NCBI GenBank assembly: GCA_050230475.1
Contig: JBFLGF010000200.1
Location: 48,770 to 68,769 of the forward strand
Reading direction: 5' to 3'
DNA from: Ancylonema sp.
Lineage: Eukaryota
Length of the DNA: 20,000 nt
Notes under the pieces: generated by a model
Told to the model about the DNA's origin: nothing
Databases searched by the model: none
What the model saw: only the letters and a program-made list of their open reading frames with translations
Made by a program: the position numbers and the translations under genes
In this document: positions 15,366-20,000 of the stretch, one piece after another
Layout: each line of letters starts with the position of its first letter
Numbering within the stretch: the first letter of the stretch is position 1

Positions 15366-15468
15366 TCTGCCAGTACTTTTGCCAGCAATTCTTACGACAA
15401 CTCCGCCAATAATTATTGGCGAAGGCATAATTATGCCTTCGAATCTGCCATCAATTTTGCCAACAGTG
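15366..15468. repeat. Two abutting perfect palindromes flanked by ~24 bp imperfect direct repeats
   Basis: CGCCAATAATTATTGGCG (15404-15421) and CGAAGGCATAATTATGCCTTCG (15420-15441). Flanks are TCTGCCAGTACTTTTGCCAGCA and TCTGCCATCAATTTTGCCAACA. Confidence 0.9.
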
Positions 15469-15798
15469 TCCACAATCACTCTGTAGGGTAAACCCCTCAG
15501 ACCCACTATTATTTCATCAGAAAAATGAGTGATAATTTTGCCAGGTCACCTGCTATGGGATCCAGACATTCTGTTGGCAAAGAGCACAATAAATGTCTTT
15601 TCTGATCTGTGTACCCCAAAATTGCGGGGATCAGGGGAAAATTAATAACACTCCATGTTCTACTCACTTCATCCACAATATCGACCCTGGATGAAAAAGG
15701 CGTACTATATTTATTATCTGGTGATTCAATCGTAACTTGAGAGTCCCTAATGTTACCCCCATTCGGGCAAATTATTGAGGCCTTGAAGGGGTTTATTT

Positions 15799-15807
15799 TT
15801 AGGGTTT
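15799..15807 (-). promoter_or_regulatory. Telo-box (AAACCCTAA)
   Basis: Exact motif about 200-300 bp upstream of the first helicase exons. It is a known plant promoter element; function here is untested. Confidence 0.4.
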
Positions 15808-16125
15808 TCTCTGGGGCCAGAAGAATATCCAAAAAATCCAACGGAAAAACTTGGAAAATGCGAAAAAAAACAATCGGTTGATTAAAACATTTTTGAATTC
15901 AGATTGGTTTCAAGGTGGTGAAACTCAAACTAAAATGTTGTTCTTCTCCTTCCCCCCATATACAAACACTTGAATCACAATCTTTGGGCCGTTTGGTATT
16001 AATGTCTTACGATCCGCCCCATTCCCACCCTCCACACTCATCCCGGAAGCTTCACCTCCTCTCTGCAATTTCTGCCCCTCCCACAATCACAAACTGGATT
16101 GCGAAGTACTCATTCTGGTGTGCAG

Positions 16126-19100
16126 AGCCACTGGACAAGCCTCAGGTGTAGGCACTTCGGTGCTGGCGCGACGTCTCTTCCCTGCGTGGGACAAAGGTTT
16201 GCACTCCTGATCCTGTGGTCACCCATAGTCATGACTTATCTAATGCCATAAGAAAAGCTTACGGCTTTTAACAATTGCACGGCCAGAAACCTCTAGTTTT
16301 TAGGCGTGTGCCATGTGATCATGTAACGACGTACATATATGTATATATGTGTATGGACGGTTGCATGTCTGTAAGTATGCATATATGTGTAGGTGTGGAT
16401 GTGTATATCTCAATGTATGCAGATGTGTATGTGTGTATGCGTGTATGTGTGTATGTGTGTATGTGTGTATGTGTGTATGTGTGTATGTGTGTATGTGTGT
16501 ATGTGTGTATGTGTGTATGTGTGTATGTGTGTATGTGTGTATGTGTGTATTTGTGTATGTGTGTATGTGTGTATGTGTACCAACATGTGTGTGGTATGTA
16601 CCTTCAGTAATGAGTAGGCCGATCACAAGTGGCATCTTTATCCCGTCTGTAGAAAAGGTATTCTTCTTCAGGGTCATGCTTATCCACACATATATGCAGA
16701 TACGCAATCTCGCATACATGCAAGCATACATACATACATACATACATACATACATACATACATGCAGACATATAGACATGCATACATACATGCATCACAG
16801 ACATACGCCCAGCCGTACGTCCACAACATCTCCATACATACACATATACAGACACAAAGAAGTGGACAAAGTCTCAGCCTGACTTGTTGCAAGGGTTGCA
16901 GGTCCCCGACCGGGCCGTCTCGAGTATGAGAAGCTTTTGCACGCGGTTGCTGAGGTGGCGGGAGGGGAGCTTGCGTCAGAGGATCTTTATCAGACTGCGG
17001 AAATTGTGTTCGATTCCTTGCACCAACTTTTCGCTGACGGCCCGCCCTCCAAGACCCTCCTCCTGCACAACAAGTGAGACTAGATCGAACATGCAGTCCA
17101 CTCTCGTTCAGCCTTTAGAAAAACTGACATATGGCGCCATTTTGCTGCTTGTGGCGTGCTGTACAGGCAACAGCTGGCAGCCAAGATTGGTCCAATCACA
17201 TCAGATGCGGCATTCCTGAAGGCTGCTGAGCTGACAGCGTCTGTGCAGCGATTCGCCTCACCATCCCCCTCCTCCATCCCCTCTTCCTCCACCTCCTCCT
17301 CCTCCCCCTCCTCCTCCTCTCCCGCTCAGGAGGCTGAATTTGGGGCTCATCTCGAATTCAACCCCCCAGATGGGACCCACACCCGGAATTGGTGGGAGAG
17401 TGAGGATGATGACACCTGGCAGTCGCTGGGGACAGCTCCAGCTGCTGATCTGGAAAGCGACGCCCTGCTGGCAGCCGCACTCGCAGCGGAGTTCCCAGGC
17501 CAGTATGGGGGGGGGGGGGCAGGGCCCTCTGAGAAGTGGGAGGAGGGGGGAGGGGAGGGAAGGGGAGGGGCAGCTGGGTTGAGGTGGCTCATGGACATGT
17601 GTCAGCAGGCGAGTGGATCCCAGTTTTCGGGCGATGAGCTGGCGTTGGCCGTGTACCGAGTGCTGGGGACTGACAAGTCAGCGGATGAGGTGGGCAGAGG
17701 AGACGCGCAGGGTGAGGTGAGGTGGCGGCTTCTCATACGCTTGACCGAGTACATGTGGGGCGCAGATCGCGGGAGATCTGTTTGATCTCATCGGAGACGG
17801 GGGCTTTGATGTCATTCAACAAATGCTCAAGGTGGGTTTAACCAAAATCCAAAACCCAAAACCCGAAACCCACATTCTACGAGGGGGTTGAGGATGTGTG
17901 AGTGAATGGGTGGGTGGAGGGGGGAGCAGGAGCGTAAGGATGTGGTTTCTACGGGGAGGGCGGCTCTGGCTGCCATAAGGGATGGGAACGGGGGGGTGAC
18001 TCCTGCATCTAGAGCTCCTAGGCATGGGGCTCAGGTAGGGCTATGTATCTGAAACCCCGAGCTAAAACTCTAAACGGAATTATATATATGGTAGGAGTAT
18101 AAACCCCTAAAGAGTCCCAAAATGAGAATTTAATGAAAACACCCCAACTACCATTTTCAAAAGTAGCTTCAATACCCTGATGAAATTACTCCACAGACCC
18201 TAAACACAAGATACCCTCAACACCTTGATGAATACACTTTTCAAAACTCTAAAAACTTACACCCTTCATCCCCTAACAATAATACCCTCCAGACCCTAAA
18301 GAGAGGTACCCTGAACAGCTCAATGAAAATACCCTAAATTTACCGTGGACGGGAATTCGGCACGGCTGCCAGGTCAGCGTCCAGACAGCGGCAGACGTTC
18401 AGTTCGAGAAGTTGCGGCGTAAAGAGGACAAGAAGATGGCCAGGCCGCAGCGGGGGGGGACCACGACGGCTGACGCTGACCTAGAATGGCTGGCTGGCAA
18501 CGGAGGGTTCCGGGCGCTGGTGGAGGCGGCAGAGGCGAAGAAGCCTCACATGCTTGATGGGCTGGGGGGGACGGGGGACCACATGCTGGGGCTCAGGGGG
18601 CTGCCACCTGGCACGCAGAGGAAGACATACAAGGGATATGAGGAGGTGCATGTGCCGCCAGCTGTCACCGCGCAGATGAGGGCAGATGAGAGGCTGGTGA
18701 GGGGGGGGGGGGGACCACAACTATGCCTCGTTGCTTATTTCCTCCTTGAATTGGTAGAGGCTCTCAACCCTAAGTATGGGTTCAACGAAGGTTTGGCAGC
18801 CCTCCCACGAATCTGGCCCAGAAAACCCTGAAAATCATTATAACGCATACGTTGTTATGTGCGATTCGGCACATCGTCCATGTGGGCAAATGGCCTGCGC
18901 AAGAACTACATGTGACTATACAATACATGCACATATTGGTCGGAGAAGTATGCAGGTGGAGGGGTACGGTACGGTGCAATGATGCAGATGTACTTTCACG
19001 TGTGCTTGACATTTCGCGAAGTGGAGCGGTGTCTGCAGGTGAAAATATCGGAGCTGGTCGATTTCGCTCAGCTGGCGTTCGCGGGGTATAAAACCCTAAA

Positions 19101-19806
19101 TCGTATTCAGAGCCGCATCTACTCCACGGCCTTCTCCACCAATGAAAATATCTTGGTGAGAAATCGGGGGGGGGGAGGGGTTAGATTATATGATGAGGGA
19201 GGGGGGTGGAGAATCGGGGTGCTAATGAGGTGGGTAGTGGGATGGGGGCTGTAGGTGTGTGCGCCGACTGGAGCTGGCAAAACTTATATTGCCATGATCA
19301 CAGTGCTGCACGAGGTGAGACACGGCATTAATAGTGTGTTTTCACAAGTATTTTGCCGATTCAGGAAATGATGCAGAGGTTGGGATGTGGATACAGCCGG
19401 ACCTACTGTTTCATATGTCTGCACATGTGTGTATCACTGGTTAACAATTGATGGATTCATCGATCGACAGGTAAACACGTGCTTGCACGTTTTATGCACC
19501 TATATCCACTATATTGTGCTCTTTGGCACACGTGTATGTGCCGCACGTGAGCATGTACAACATGTACTCTTACAACTGCACATACAACTGAATATGTATT
19601 GATGTGTACGGGTATGCAGTGGATGTTATGTGGTTTACCCTATTCAACATGTGTACAGTGTGAGGGTGTGTGTATACTTCTGCGACAGTCTTCAATAATC
19701 ATCCAGGCTGAGAGTTGAAGGGGTTGGGGTTCAGATTGGGCAGCACTTTGAGAACGGGTATCTGCAGCGCTCCCACTTCAAGATCGTCTACGTGGCGCCC
19801 ATGAAG
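16126..19806 (+). CDS. ASCC3: Ski2-like DExH helicase ASCC3/Slh1/DExH14, 5' portion (continues past the window)
   Basis: Exons 16126-16196, 16902-17073, 17167-17689, 17766-17831, 17930-18034, 18373-18696, 19039-19155, 19255-19314 and 19735-19806. PWI-like DEIAGDLFDLIGDGGFD; GAQVSVQT..EKLRRKEDKK; LPPGTQRKTYKGYEEVHVP; Q-motif GYKTLNRIQS; motif I NILVCAPTGAGKT; motif Ia FKIVYVAPMK. The first exon is unresolved (candidate ATG at 16002). Confidence 0.92.
16330..16600 (+). repeat. Compound microsatellite (GTGTAT / GTGTGTAT)n, intronic
   Basis: Read directly; the most regular core is about 16425-16580. Confidence 0.95.
16685..16855 (+). repeat. (TACA)n / CA-rich microsatellite, intronic
   Basis: Perfect (CATA)n core at about 16726-16763 with degenerate flanks. 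Confidence 0.9.
18050..18342 (+). repeat. Degenerate telomere-like (ACCCTAAA) intronic tract
   Basis: Spaced variants: AAACCCCTAAA, GACCCTAAA x2, TACCCTAAA, AAACTCTAAA x2, TACCCTGA x2. Strong A/C skew. Confidence 0.55.
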
Positions 19807-19968
19807 GTGTGCCACCTGGCCCGATACGCACAAATCCTTTATTTCATTCTTGCCAAAGTTTTCTCTTTCCAAAGTTTTTCACACATTTGTGTGTCAGCAT
19901 GTGTGTATGTATATACGCATGTGCATGGCTTTTTTAAATGACATATGTATACACATGTGCGTATGTGT

Positions 19969-19972
<4 letters not shown>

Positions 19973-20000
<28 letters not shown>
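19973..20000. repeat. (TA)n microsatellite
   Basis: Read directly; runs to the window edge. Confidence 0.95.

Noticed and set aside
15059..15841. Three minus-strand ORFs considered as LINE ORF1 or a spliced gene
   Set aside because: No convincing zinc knuckle or other motif. Trial splicing hit stops. The region overlaps palindromes and the telo-box, and the IAGDL match to the helicase is coincidental.
16275..16892. Long CVYVCM and HTHIHTY ORFs
   Set aside because: Translations of intronic microsatellites.

Overview
Eukaryotic nuclear DNA with spliceosomal introns, most likely a green plant or streptophyte alga (inferred from a plant-type RabH1, an F-box/LRR/FBD-like gene, a DExH14-like helicase N-terminus and a telo-box). 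From left to right: (1) a minus-strand, 7-exon tyrosine recombinase (YR) gene that the ORF track shows only as fragments. It starts about 1.27 kb inside the end of a ~1.05 kb sequence that recurs, diverged and without the YR, at 13436-14482. The best reading is a Crypton-like, intron-containing YR element plus a non-autonomous relative. (2) An 8-exon F-box/LRR gene with a 21-copy TTGACTYA array next to a 3' splice site. (3) A diverged ~2.1 kb tandem duplication of Rab6/RABH1, with one copy 5'-truncated and the other cut by an assembly N at the same codon. (4) A palindrome-rich intergenic segment. (5) The 5' part of an ASCC3/Slh1/DExH14 Ski2-like helicase gene, which runs off the right edge. 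All gene models were spliced by hand from GT(GC)-AG sites and phase matching. Identities are estimated by eye.
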